DNA of 35,862 nt from a virus (IMGVR_UViG_3300017963_000512:1-35862), one strand, 5' to 3'. Shown: positions 18,901-26,515, counted from the stretch's first letter. Program-made: numbers and translations. The notes: generated from the sequence alone by a model not told the origin.

Positions 18901-21256
18901 CAGTAGGTAGATCCCCTTGGCGCTCCCGCGAAAATTGGACTCCAGCTCCCTTTGGTAGGATAGTCTTTTTTTGCTCCTCTAACGCACGAGAATACTCTGT
19001 GCGTCCGAAATACTCCTGCAGTGCGATCTCGGGGTCAAACTTTTCAAAGCGGGCTCCTATGGTCTTCCTAGGGCCTGGTTGCACATACTCCCTTGCAATG
19101 CGATCTAGAGCAGGATTCTTACCAAAGGTATATCCGAGATCTGAGTAGGCCAGAGCAGCACCACGGTGGGCAAACATTTCATTCGCAACCCACTCAGTAT
19201 ATTCGGGCTTTCCAGTAGCTTCAGCTGCACGAATTACCTGAGCATAAGTTGGAGCTTTCTCGGCAAGTGCCTGTACATCAGGTCCTCTACTATCGAACCA
19301 TCCACCCAGTTGCTCTTCAGCCTCAGCAATAAACCTAGCCTTATGAACCGGATCAATATTATTGGACCAAATCGCATGAAGACCTTCATGGAGAATAGTC
19401 TCTTCGACACGCTTAGGATTCAACCAATTATAAAGAGTCTCACCAATAGCTCGTTCCTGGCGATCACTGTCAGCAAGCTCTACAGGAAGAAAACCTTGTG
19501 CAACAAGATCACGAGGATCGACATAAGCCCCTACTTTCAGGACATTGGCACTTGGGTTGAACGAGCCGAAGGCTCCGAGCGACTCACGCTCCACCAGATA
19601 ATTCTTTATTTTCGCAGCCTTTGCTTGGTCACGCCATCTTAGCTGCTTGTTGAACGCTCTTCTTGCTTCGTTGCGATCTAGAATCTCGAGGACTAGTTCC
19701 TGGTCCTGTGCAAGACGCACAGCGCGTAACATTTTTCTCCATTCGTCCTCTGTGACCTTCTGATCAGCAGTTTGCTGAGAAACCAGACCTCCGAAGTCTA
19801 ATGCTCTGAATCCAGAACCAAAGTCAGTATTCTCTCTTCTTGTGGAGCCTGCAACACCCCTATCAACCAAAGCTTCAAATGCATGCTCATTCTGCTTAAC
19901 AAAATGATCCTTAATCCACTTCTTCTCTACCCATCTACCCTTGTACCAGTAACCGCGTCTAGTATGGCCCCTTCTCTTGTAGTAGCCCCTTCTCTTTTTA
20001 TCATCTCTTCCCCAAAGACCTAACCACCCTGAACCAAAGTCAGCTCGGTCAGTCATCCCACCATGAGCAAGGCCTTCGATAGTATTATAGTCGTCATCAC
20101 GACCAGAGAAGAAACGTAGAGGTTTCAGAGCTATCAATCCAGCAACACCAAGACCCATGCCGAGAGCCAATGGATGTCTCTTTAGATATGAGAGAGCTCT
20201 CCTTACAAAGGGAGCCGCAGGCTCGCGGGCTAATTTGCCCCCACCCCTTCCCCCTTCTTGGACAACTTCCTCTAGAGCCTCTCCCACACCTACTTTGAAG
20301 AATTTTTCCTCAATCCCGCCGAAGGCTGCTACCTCTGCCCTAGTTACCCCGTGAGCTGCCAACTCTGAGTCTAGAGCACGGACAAACTGCCCTTCAATCC
20401 CCTGACTCCTAGCAGAAGCAATAGCCTGCTCAACAGTTAGTCCACCCTTGCGAACTCGAGAGAGAAGCTTATTCCTGACAGCAAGCTTGTTATAAGCCCT
20501 AGCTTCCTCTACTGTCCCCATAGCCCAAGGCTTTCTGTGGATCTCCTTAAGAGCCTGAACGTCAGCAGCTGATTCATGAGCTCGAGCCATCTCTTGGCCT
20601 GTACTCATCTGATAGACCAGCTCCTGCTTCCAACCAGAGAAATAGTAGTTCCTCTCAGAGATCTTCCTTGCTATCTGATGTTCTGGCTGATTCTCATACC
20701 TGAAGCCTTGAGTAGCATAGGTTCGAGCCTGAGAAAGTAGATCTGGATCTACAACCTGTCCCAACTCAGACATAGCCAGCTTCTTGGAAATAGAGTAGGC
20801 ATACTCTCTACCAAGGTCTCTTATCTGTAGCCTATTGAAAACCTTCCTGAAGCGATCAGCGAGACCATGACGCTCTGCAGCAGTCATGATACCCGGGATA
20901 TCAAAGCCAGACACACCTGCCCTTTGGGCGGTAGCCTCGTAGCCAATATTCCAGCCAGCAATTGTAGCTCCAGGAGTACGAGCATGGGTTTCCAGTACTT
21001 TGAGGAACCTCTCTAATCCCCTCTTCTCTGAGACTACTGCTGTCATTTCTCCAGCGGCAGCTTGCTTCTTCAGAGGCTCCCATACGGTTCTTGCTGACCA
21101 TCGGGACAGAGTAGTCCCTTGGCTTGGAGGCATATAGTAGGTACGTACTTTCCCGGCAGCTCCTCGAGAATAGGAGATGGACATTACCGGAGATTCTCTG
21201 AGATTCAATCCTCCGGCTTCTATGTCAAAGAATAGAATAGGAGGTTTCTTGGCCAT
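15902..21256 (-). CDS. Polyvalent protein: DEDDh 3'-5' exonuclease, TM helix, Arg-rich peptide, zincin metallopeptidase, SNase-type nuclease and two protein-kinase-like domains
   Basis: Exonuclease: FFDIE, GWNI..GFDIP, AHESAADV. Peptidase: ILHEGLH...NEMFA. SNase: DADTIV...VRLAGIDAPE...YGRYLG...ARIHRRGMW. Kinase 1: DINPSNIML...IIDYG. Kinase 2: LGEGGAGKV...VLK...HLDLHPGQIL...VGDWG. Confidence 0.85.
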   Translation of the reverse strand: MAKKPPILFFDIEAGGLNLRESPVMSISYSRGAAGKVRTYYMPPSQGTTLSRWSARTVWEPLKKQAAAGEMTAVVSEKRGLERFLKVLETHARTPGATIAGWNIGYEATAQRAGVSGFDIPGIMTAAERHGLADRFRKVFNRLQIRDLGREYAYSISKKLAMSELGQVVDPDLLSQARTYATQGFRYENQPEHQIARKISERNYYFSGWKQELVYQMSTGQEMARAHESAADVQALKEIHRKPWAMGTVEEARAYNKLAVRNKLLSRVRKGGLTVEQAIASARSQGIEGQFVRALDSELAAHGVTRAEVAAFGGIEEKFFKVGVGEALEEVVQEGGRGGGKLAREPAAPFVRRALSYLKRHPLALGMGLGVAGLIALKPLRFFSGRDDDYNTIEGLAHGGMTDRADFGSGWLGLWGRDDKKRRGYYKRRGHTRRGYWYKGRWVEKKWIKDHFVKQNEHAFEALVDRGVAGSTRRENTDFGSGFRALDFGGLVSQQTADQKVTEDEWRKMLRAVRLAQDQELVLEILDRNEARRAFNKQLRWRDQAKAAKIKNYLVERESLGAFGSFNPSANVLKVGAYVDPRDLVAQGFLPVELADSDRQERAIGETLYNWLNPKRVEETILHEGLHAIWSNNIDPVHKARFIAEAEEQLGGWFDSRGPDVQALAEKAPTYAQVIRAAEATGKPEYTEWVANEMFAHRGAALAYSDLGYTFGKNPALDRIAREYVQPGPRKTIGARFEKFDPEIALQEYFGRTEYSRALEEQKKTILPKGAGVQFSRERQGDLPTALMGIPIDPRILEFRRRMDQPGERSRIRKYIEEESAKSQAKLGELSTSDFSREDIGRIEAINRKRSDLRSVNLDRFKMEVEDADTIVLKRKGFIPRLKSLFGYGDIYVRLAGIDAPEVEAHQGDPLAPFRIWQDQPAGTKASWALKALLEQQDRVSLIVSEDQKTYGRYLGVLANEEGTNINMELLRGGAVSALPFGERKTDILLREQARAAEETARIHRRGMWSYARYQATHIAQRYIGRTITHNTLTRLDKLSGNLTLGTYASFLNSFGDQKRELTFAEIAQARRVGKALRKTHGPAPIGGKRFSGKDDTHLQIEGLGHEGLAWQMRQALTEFGSGWNALRGLVKAGESFEKMLASKEFKLALEGATKGKQLGDPGSVGSVFEMTGVFRGQEFKFARKIGAISEVEAQAQRAAAPHFAPDVYGFRPRPDIEIPLKRIRGPMGEIKFTGGELDMELFEGSTLRSMADSGRLANEQVNMIRRQAEKLYEQSMPAWQNPDINPSNIMLVPQGKNQFRLGIIDYGQARPVPGVSRAVPSPLPSLGTVEVELGLMRTKENALASLDPKTPFAKRMQAKLLKKQQAEAVPGFQTENTIKGISEGTEAKKMRKILKVPFESAWIKAALKKGVSPDKILQGMERLGTLPVAADIGWMEEVLGAAVKTKAPKGLAAKGTELGSLLAGARREAGIEMGGEFWVKGSYLGEGGAGKVTQVFGQRSGRVGVLKEPSAQGMQFQKALEATDGKPMISPPLGDLERQFAKQQFEHSQRFGSKIKKLFGMGAEAPGAQELAAIDEYSKMYMEVMRGEGKGLHYLAYEAEMQKAARKAYGDIVPEVFATGESSFIQEYAGKQLGFTTEGQSKFLLNSRETLMSSNSPVFHLDLHPGQILRRGARYQVGDWGLAIPKAELSGAGRELHKQAIQTQISVWGEMGRLHRLESGTTKALSNQATKQAARESAVHKELMGRLEKMRKRKGLHMQAMQDASKNAKDSARRHRKFATKGQ
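17048..20113 (-). repeat. Four dispersed copies of an ~30-aa linker motif in the polyvalent protein
   Basis: ~20024-20113 FSGRDDDYNTIEGLAHGGMTDRADFGSGW; ~19808-19892 NEHAFEALVDRGVAGSTRRENTDFGSGF; ~17885-17986 FSGKDDTHLQIEGLGHEGLAWQMRQALTEFGSGW; ~17048-17146 PGFQTENTIKGISEGTEAKKMRKILKVPFESAW (degenerate). Confidence 0.8.
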
Positions 21257-22086
21257 TATTCATCTTCGAATTCAGCATCAATAATGCTCTGAGGAGAGAG
21301 CCCTGAAGATTGCTGAGATTCTTCCCCCTTTTGGAAAGCATCCACCTCTCTAGATAGTTCATCCAATTTGGACCTCATTGCGGACATCTTGGATGATGGA
21401 TCTGAGTCTATCTTTACCTTGAGGGCCGCTTCCTTCTTGTACTTCTCTTGCCTATCTCCTACCATTAGCTTAATAATCTTGCTCTTCCTAGATTGTAGCC
21501 TATCCTTCAATTCCATAAAGGGAGATACGTTCTTTTGTACCAATGGAGTCTGTCCATCATTGGCTATGCCTACTACTTGATCTATTACCAGCTCTGAGTT
21601 TTCTCTTTTGGCTAGGTTCATATTGAGCCTCATGAGCATTACTTCTATCTCGGCTAGCTCGTTAATCATACTGATTTCAGTAAAGTTATTGGGATCAATA
21701 TCGTATTCATCAAAATAGCGAATGATCCACTCTTTCATGAGCTGTACCTCTATCAAGCATTGCTTACCAAGAGGAGCTTTCCCTATGGCTTGTAGTGGAC
21801 AACGATCTGCAAAGGGACATCTTGGCCCGCCGCAGTACATGGGAATCATAGCAGCAGAGCCAGTAGAAAGCTTCTGGATGTGGTGATGAATACGTACAGC
21901 CTCGTCCTTGGAAAGCTTTACATCATCATAGTCATCGAGGTTGTGTCCGATGAAACGGAAGAAGTTAGACCTAGTCAGTTTACCAGCACCAGTAATGGCA
22001 GTGCCACCAAGAGTAATGATCTCCTTGGGTTCCCGCGATTCAGTAGTAGTATTTTTAGAGTCTTTAGGATCCTTCTTTTTGGTCAT
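21256..22086 (-). CDS. Hypothetical Cys-cluster helical protein, possible terminase small subunit
   Basis: ATG at 22086 has a GGGAG RBS (the ORF track start is 22101). CGGPRCPFADRC...C motif then helical/coiled-coil region. The small terminase call rests on position only. Confidence 0.55.
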   Translation of the reverse strand: MTKKKDPKDSKNTTTESREPKEIITLGGTAITGAGKLTRSNFFRFIGHNLDDYDDVKLSKDEAVRIHHHIQKLSTGSAAMIPMYCGGPRCPFADRCPLQAIGKAPLGKQCLIEVQLMKEWIIRYFDEYDIDPNNFTEISMINELAEIEVMLMRLNMNLAKRENSELVIDQVVGIANDGQTPLVQKNVSPFMELKDRLQSRKSKIIKLMVGDRQEKYKKEAALKVKIDSDPSSKMSAMRSKLDELSREVDAFQKGEESQQSSGLSPQSIIDAEFEDE

Positions 22087-22327
22087 TGCGTCTCCCGTCA
22101 ATGAGGTCGAAGAGATCAGAGAGATCTCTAATGATAGCCTTCAGTGTATCATAGTCCTCAGCTAGGAAAAATTCCATGGACTTCTTGAAGTAGGCACAAT
22201 CCTTCCCCACAAAAGTAAGAAAGTGAGCAGTCCGCTCGACTCCAGAAGAATTGAGGTCTGAGTGAAGTGCGTTCAAGAATTTTCTAAGCTGCTCGAGATC
22301 AAGGATGAGTTGTTGGTCGAGAGGCAT
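22064..22327 (-). CDS. Hypothetical protein (87 aa)
   Basis: MPLDQQLILDL... with AAGGAG RBS. The longer 22513 start overlaps the HNH gene and lacks an RBS. Confidence 0.65.
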   Translation of the reverse strand: MPLDQQLILDLEQLRKFLNALHSDLNSSGVERTAHFLTFVGKDCAYFKKSMEFFLAEDYDTLKAIIRDLSDLFDLIDGRRNDQKEGS

Positions 22328-22775
22328 CAAAGCTCCTTTCAGAAAGATCGAGTATACCAGCATGTACTTCGTCATGACAGCGAGAACAAAGAACAATTCC
22401 ATTTCTAATAGTATTCTTCCCACCTTCTGACAAAGGTACAATATGATGGACATGATTAGAGACAGGAGGACGATAATAACCACAAACCATACATGCCTCA
22501 CCATGAGTAGCAATCACAGCACGACGATAAGACCCATTAGACTTACGACGCCCATCAGGACGAATTTGAGCGACAAACTCATAATCAAGATCACGAATAG
22601 GCTTAGTGGCCGAAGAATAAGTATAAAGCTTCGGAGTAAGATTTCTTGTATGAGTAGAAGGTGGAATTTTATTCCGAGAACGATAACGAGAAACAGTAGA
22701 AGTCGAAACACCCACTTCCCGCGCAATCTGTCCATTACTTTTAGTCCAATCAATATTTAACCACTTTTCATGCAT
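22299..22775 (-). CDS. HNH endonuclease with N-terminal helix-turn-helix
   Basis: SNGQIAREVGVSTSTVSRYR (HTH); CMVCG...HVHHIVPLSEGGKNTIRNGIVLCSRCHDEVH (HNH). Confidence 0.92.
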   Translation of the reverse strand: MHEKWLNIDWTKSNGQIAREVGVSTSTVSRYRSRNKIPPSTHTRNLTPKLYTYSSATKPIRDLDYEFVAQIRPDGRRKSNGSYRRAVIATHGEACMVCGYYRPPVSNHVHHIVPLSEGGKNTIRNGIVLCSRCHDEVHAGILDLSERSFDASRPTTHP

Positions 22776-22781
22776 TCACAC

Positions 22782-22811
22782 ACAATAGCACAAGAATCCT
22801 ATTGAAGGCAA
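22782..22811 (-). promoter_or_regulatory. Sigma70-type promoter for the HNH gene, probably leaderless
   Basis: Minus strand TTGCCT-18 nt-TATTGT with extended -10 TGn. The ATG lies 6 nt after the -10 box and there is no SD sequence. Confidence 0.55.
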
Positions 22812-22993
22812 ATCTCAGAAATTTTCACATATATAGCTTAGGTACTTAAACTTTTTGGGAGGGCTCCTATGTGTAGTAAAAGAAGGGATATGGAGTCCCT
22901 TCCTAACGGACCCCCGGGTAGCATCTGGAGTCTGTCACTCGTTCACCTTCCAGTCTGATTCCTGGCTAGGATTGGAGAGGAAGGAGAAAGGTT

Positions 22994-23206
22994 ATGGCTC
23001 TCTCGAGGAAACTGAGCTGGGAATTCCAGCGGTTCAATCGCAGGATCAGTCAGTACGATCCGAAAAGCAAGAAAGGTCGTGAGTTGGACAGGCTGTTCGA
23101 CGACCTGCTGGACCTTGCTACTGATCGTAAGAATGCTGATGGTACGATTGCTCCTCCCCTCACCGATGAGGAGGAAGATCAGATCATCAGCATGATGGTC
23201 ATCTAA
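22994..23206 (+). CDS. Hypothetical protein (70 aa), first gene of the right arm
   Basis: AGGAG RBS and biased codon usage. Confidence 0.75.
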   Translation: MALSRKLSWEFQRFNRRISQYDPKSKKGRELDRLFDDLLDLATDRKNADGTIAPPLTDEEEDQIISMMVI

Positions 23207-23338
23207 TAGCCACTACAGTACTCCTCTCCCATGCCAGGAGGGAGGGGAGTACATCCTTCTCCTAGCATCACTAGTGCATGGTGTACTAGTGGTACTAGTA
23301 GAGGGAATGTCCCCTCTCACACTGCTTAGGAGGCAGTC

Positions 23339-23752
23339 ATGTTCGAGTCCATCTTGGCCGTACTCTTCCTCGTCTTCCTGTTCGTGGGCGTACCCACTGC
23401 CCTGTGTCTGCTGTGTTGGGGACTGGTGGACCTGGTCCACATCCAGTCCCAGCTGCACACCCTCACCGCTGACACCGTGGTTGACCCCTGGGCTGACACC
23501 GCAGTTGGGCGTCGAGACCATGCTGTCGGGCCCTACCCTGAGCTGCATGCTGTCATGCCCTACCCTGAGCTGAGTGTACTAGATCAGTACACTGCCCAGT
23601 TCGAGGCACTGCAGGAGGAGTTCCGTACTCTCACCATGCAGTTCGTCAACAATCAGCATGGTATGCACCCAGCACAGTACGAGGCCATGGACAAGCGCAT
23701 CCGTGACCTGAGGTACGAGATCAGCCTGGTACAGAGCAAGGTAGGCTCGTAG
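23339..23752 (+). CDS. Membrane-anchored hypothetical protein
   Basis: AGGAGG RBS, N-terminal hydrophobic helix, internal 9-aa tandem duplication, C-terminal coiled coil. Confidence 0.8.
   Translation: MFESILAVLFLVFLFVGVPTALCLLCWGLVDLVHIQSQLHTLTADTVVDPWADTAVGRRDHAVGPYPELHAVMPYPELSVLDQYTAQFEALQEEFRTLTMQFVNNQHGMHPAQYEAMDKRIRDLRYEISLVQSKVGS
23519..23572 (+). repeat. 27-bp tandem duplication (HAVGPYPEL/HAVMPYPEL)
   Basis: catgctgtcgggccctaccctgagctg / catgctgtcatgccctaccctgagctg. Confidence 0.9.
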
Positions 23753-23876
23753 TACACACAGCACCAAGGGGTGGGTGCTATACAAGTGCACCCTGCATGT
23801 ATGCACATGGTGTGTATACACGTCCTCCCCTGTCTGATGGGGGGCAAGGCCCACGTACGGGCACAAGGAGACAGAC

Positions 23877-24056
23877 ATGAAGGCTGAGTTCGGCTGGACT
23901 GTGGTGCGCCGTCGTGACGGTAAGGTCGTGGTGTACAAGCGGGACTGTGATGTGAACGGTGTGTGGACTCAGGATCTTGTGCCTTACACCTTCCCGACTC
24001 GACGCGAGGCTAAGGAGGCTGCAAAGAAGGGCATCTATCGAGACTACAACAAGTAG
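23877..24056 (+). CDS. Hypothetical protein (59 aa, below the ORF-track cutoff)
   Basis: MKAEFGWTVVRRRDGKVVVYKRD...YNK with AAGGAG RBS. Confidence 0.8.
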   Translation: MKAEFGWTVVRRRDGKVVVYKRDCDVNGVWTQDLVPYTFPTRREAKEAAKKGIYRDYNK

Positions 24057-24156
24057 CGACATGGCCATAACAGGGGGCCTTGTACCCTGTCCTAGCTTAA
24101 TTGACGAAACCATGGGGTGCTAGCTGATGTGTCAGCCCCAACACAAGGAGGCCGTC

Positions 24157-24492
24157 ATGGCTAAGAAGAGCAAGAAAGAGCAGAAGGCCGAGAACAACAA
24201 GAAGAACCGCGACAACAGCAAGCCCACCCGTCGTCCCAAGCAAAAGGGCAAGGTCACCAAGCAGGTTGCCCAGAAGGACAGCACCTTCACGTACGAGACG
24301 CAGAAGAGCCTGCAGCAGAAGAAGCTCGACGAGCTCATGGCGATGAACCCCACCGCCTGCATCCACAACATGCGTGACGTGGCGCGCAAGTGGGCCATGC
24401 TCCAGATGCGCAAGCAGCAGCCCTCCAACCAGAGCAAGTTCAGCACCAACAAGTTCGCCAACCTCAAGAAGGTCCTGCGTCTCGAGGCCTAG
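24157..24492 (+). CDS. Highly basic Lys-rich hypothetical protein
   Basis: MAKKSKKEQK... with AAGGAGG RBS and strong codon bias. Confidence 0.8.
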   Translation: MAKKSKKEQKAENNKKNRDNSKPTRRPKQKGKVTKQVAQKDSTFTYETQKSLQQKKLDELMAMNPTACIHNMRDVARKWAMLQMRKQQPSNQSKFSTNKFANLKKVLRLEA

Positions 24493-24599
24493 CAGTAGGC
24501 CAAGCTGAATAGAATAAAAACGGGCCTGTCTTCGGCAGGTCCTTGGCTCCCCACTGGTACAAGGTGTACCAGGCCTGAAAAGACCATGGCTTAGGGGAG

Positions 24600-25724
24600 A
24601 TGGTATCTGCTAAGGAGGCAGACGTGTCGAGACTACCAAACAACAACCTGCACGAGGTAGCAACTGGTGATCGTAACACCCTGTTGTTCGCCCACGACTG
24701 GGAGATTATCTGCAGGCCCACTCCGGATGGCAACAGCTGGACCTACAGGATAAAGGGCAAGCTGACGAGAGAGCAGTATCCCTGGAAGCTGGACGACAAT
24801 CGTCCGCTGCAGAGGACTGCAACCCTGATCGACTGCTACCAGGGTGGCTACTACCCGCAGGTGCTCGACGGGCTGGGCAACATCTACGAGCTTCACGATC
24901 CCAAGAACAGCAAGCAGGCATGGCTGCTTCAGGGCTTCAAGCGTCGCATTGCTGACCAGCGGCACCTCAACATCTACTCCGAAGACTGGATGCAAGACCG
25001 CTTCATCCGCTTCTGGAGAGAGCAACGCAACAAGCGTGAGCAAGAGCGGAACGAGAATGGCAAGACGCATCAATCTCGTGAGGACAAGAAGAACCTCGCA
25101 CTGCTCTGGGACGACAGCCGCAAAGAGCCACTGATGTACTACCACAACGTCCTGGAGAAGGGTCTCACTCGAGATCGGTATGCCTTTGGAGCACGACAGG
25201 TCTTCGTGCGCAAGTATTCCTGGGCCATCCCCAATCACGATGCCATCGTGAGCATCAGGGAACTGAACATGCCAGTCCTCGAGGTTGGCTGTGGCTCTGG
25301 CTACTGGTCCTGGGAACTTCAGCAGGCTGGTGTCGATGTGGTCGCAACTGACATCGATGTCGGTGAGAACCACAAGTGGGGCCACGATGAAGGCTGGTTG
25401 CCTATCGAACATGGTCACGGTGCTGCCATGGCCAAGAAGTACGCCAAGACACACGCGCTACTCGTATGCTGGCCTGACTTCAGACCCGAGGGTGGCAAGT
25501 GGGCAGAGCATGCCCTCAAAGCCTACCTCAAGAACGGCGGCAAGTGCGTCATCTACGTCGGTGAACCCGATGGTGGGTGCACAGGCACTCGTGAGTTTCA
25601 TGACGAGCTGTACAAGAACTGGCGTGCAATCGACGACAAAGAGGATGAAGGTTGGTCACGTGGCGTGGAGATCCCGCAATGGGACGGCATTCATGATCGC
25701 ATGTGGATCTACAAGCGCAAGTAG
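24600..25724 (+). CDS. Class I SAM-dependent methyltransferase-like protein with unknown N-terminal domain
   Basis: VLEVGCGSGYW (motif I), VVATD, LLVCWP, IYVGE..GGCTG. Confidence 0.8.
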   Translation: MVSAKEADVSRLPNNNLHEVATGDRNTLLFAHDWEIICRPTPDGNSWTYRIKGKLTREQYPWKLDDNRPLQRTATLIDCYQGGYYPQVLDGLGNIYELHDPKNSKQAWLLQGFKRRIADQRHLNIYSEDWMQDRFIRFWREQRNKREQERNENGKTHQSREDKKNLALLWDDSRKEPLMYYHNVLEKGLTRDRYAFGARQVFVRKYSWAIPNHDAIVSIRELNMPVLEVGCGSGYWSWELQQAGVDVVATDIDVGENHKWGHDEGWLPIEHGHGAAMAKKYAKTHALLVCWPDFRPEGGKWAEHALKAYLKNGGKCVIYVGEPDGGCTGTREFHDELYKNWRAIDDKEDEGWSRGVEIPQWDGIHDRMWIYKRK

Positions 25725-25736
25725 AGGTCAGCTGCC

Positions 25737-25958
25737 ATGGAAGAGAACAGGATAATCCTTTGGGAGATCGACCAGGTCACCGGTCAGTTCCTCATTGCAG
25801 GGGTTCACTCCCTGCCCGAGGACATCAAGCTGGTGGACTGTTTTACCCGAATCGGACGCATCTGGAGGGACAACGGCAAGAAGTACAGGGGCATCATCCA
25901 CAGCATCACTCTGATGCTGGATGGCAACGAGTACCGCATCGAAAGGAGACAGAAGTGA
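25737..25958 (+). CDS. Hypothetical protein (73 aa)
   Basis: GAGG RBS, codon bias, stop overlaps the next start. Confidence 0.7.
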   Translation: MEENRIILWEIDQVTGQFLIAGVHSLPEDIKLVDCFTRIGRIWRDNGKKYRGIIHSITLMLDGNEYRIERRQK

Positions 25959-26284
25959 ACATCGAAGAGAAACTCAACCAACTCGCCAAGCTCTCGGACG
26001 AAGACCTTCAGGAGCAGCTCAAGCTGCTCAGTAAGGAGCTCAGTAAGATCGAGACCAAAGGCAAGGCTGCCAAGACCGAGAAGACCAAGGTCAAGTGGCG
26101 CACTGCCTGGAAGGCCAAGGCATTGCTCTACAACATCGCCCTGGTGGCCAAGTTTCGCCACAACTGCACCCGCTGTGGTGGCTCCGGATACGTGGAACAC
26201 GCCAGGGATGCCTACCGGTGCTACTGGTGCAACAACCCTGACTTCGATCGCAACAAGATCTTCTGGCACAAGAGCTGCCGATAA
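25955..26284 (+). CDS. Coiled-coil protein with C-terminal zinc finger
   Basis: GTG start after AAGGAG; CTRCGGSG...CYWC (DnaJ-like CxxCxGxG). Confidence 0.75.
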   Translation: MNIEEKLNQLAKLSDEDLQEQLKLLSKELSKIETKGKAAKTEKTKVKWRTAWKAKALLYNIALVAKFRHNCTRCGGSGYVEHARDAYRCYWCNNPDFDRNKIFWHKSCR

Positions 26285-26466
26285 TGGATCCCATCGTCAA
26301 GATCTTGCGCACCCCCATTAACCAGCTGGAGCTATCCCTGCAGGTATTGCCTGAGCAGGTTGACCAGTGGGTCCAACACCTGGAGGGTTTGGGCTACTCC
26401 ATCATCGCTGTAGAGTATGGCCCCGAACTCCCCGTAAGCACAATCAGATACAAGAAGCTGAAATAG
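26284..26466 (+). CDS. Hypothetical protein (60 aa)
   Basis: TAATG stop/start coupling. Confidence 0.65.
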   Translation: MDPIVKILRTPINQLELSLQVLPEQVDQWVQHLEGLGYSIIAVEYGPELPVSTIRYKKLK

Positions 26467-26515
26467 TCTAGGCTAAGGCTAGCAGTTAACACACAACACC
26501 CAAACGAGGCAGATC

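Noticed and set aside
1210-22760. Plus-strand ORFs opposite the late genes
   Set aside because: Antisense shadows of long minus-strand genes, with no RBS or recognisable motifs.
24101-24136. Hammerhead-like words (ttgac-GAAAC...CTGATG-t-gtcag)
   Set aside because: The core reads CUGAUGU rather than CUGAUGA, the cleavage-site base would be G, and stem I is essentially absent.
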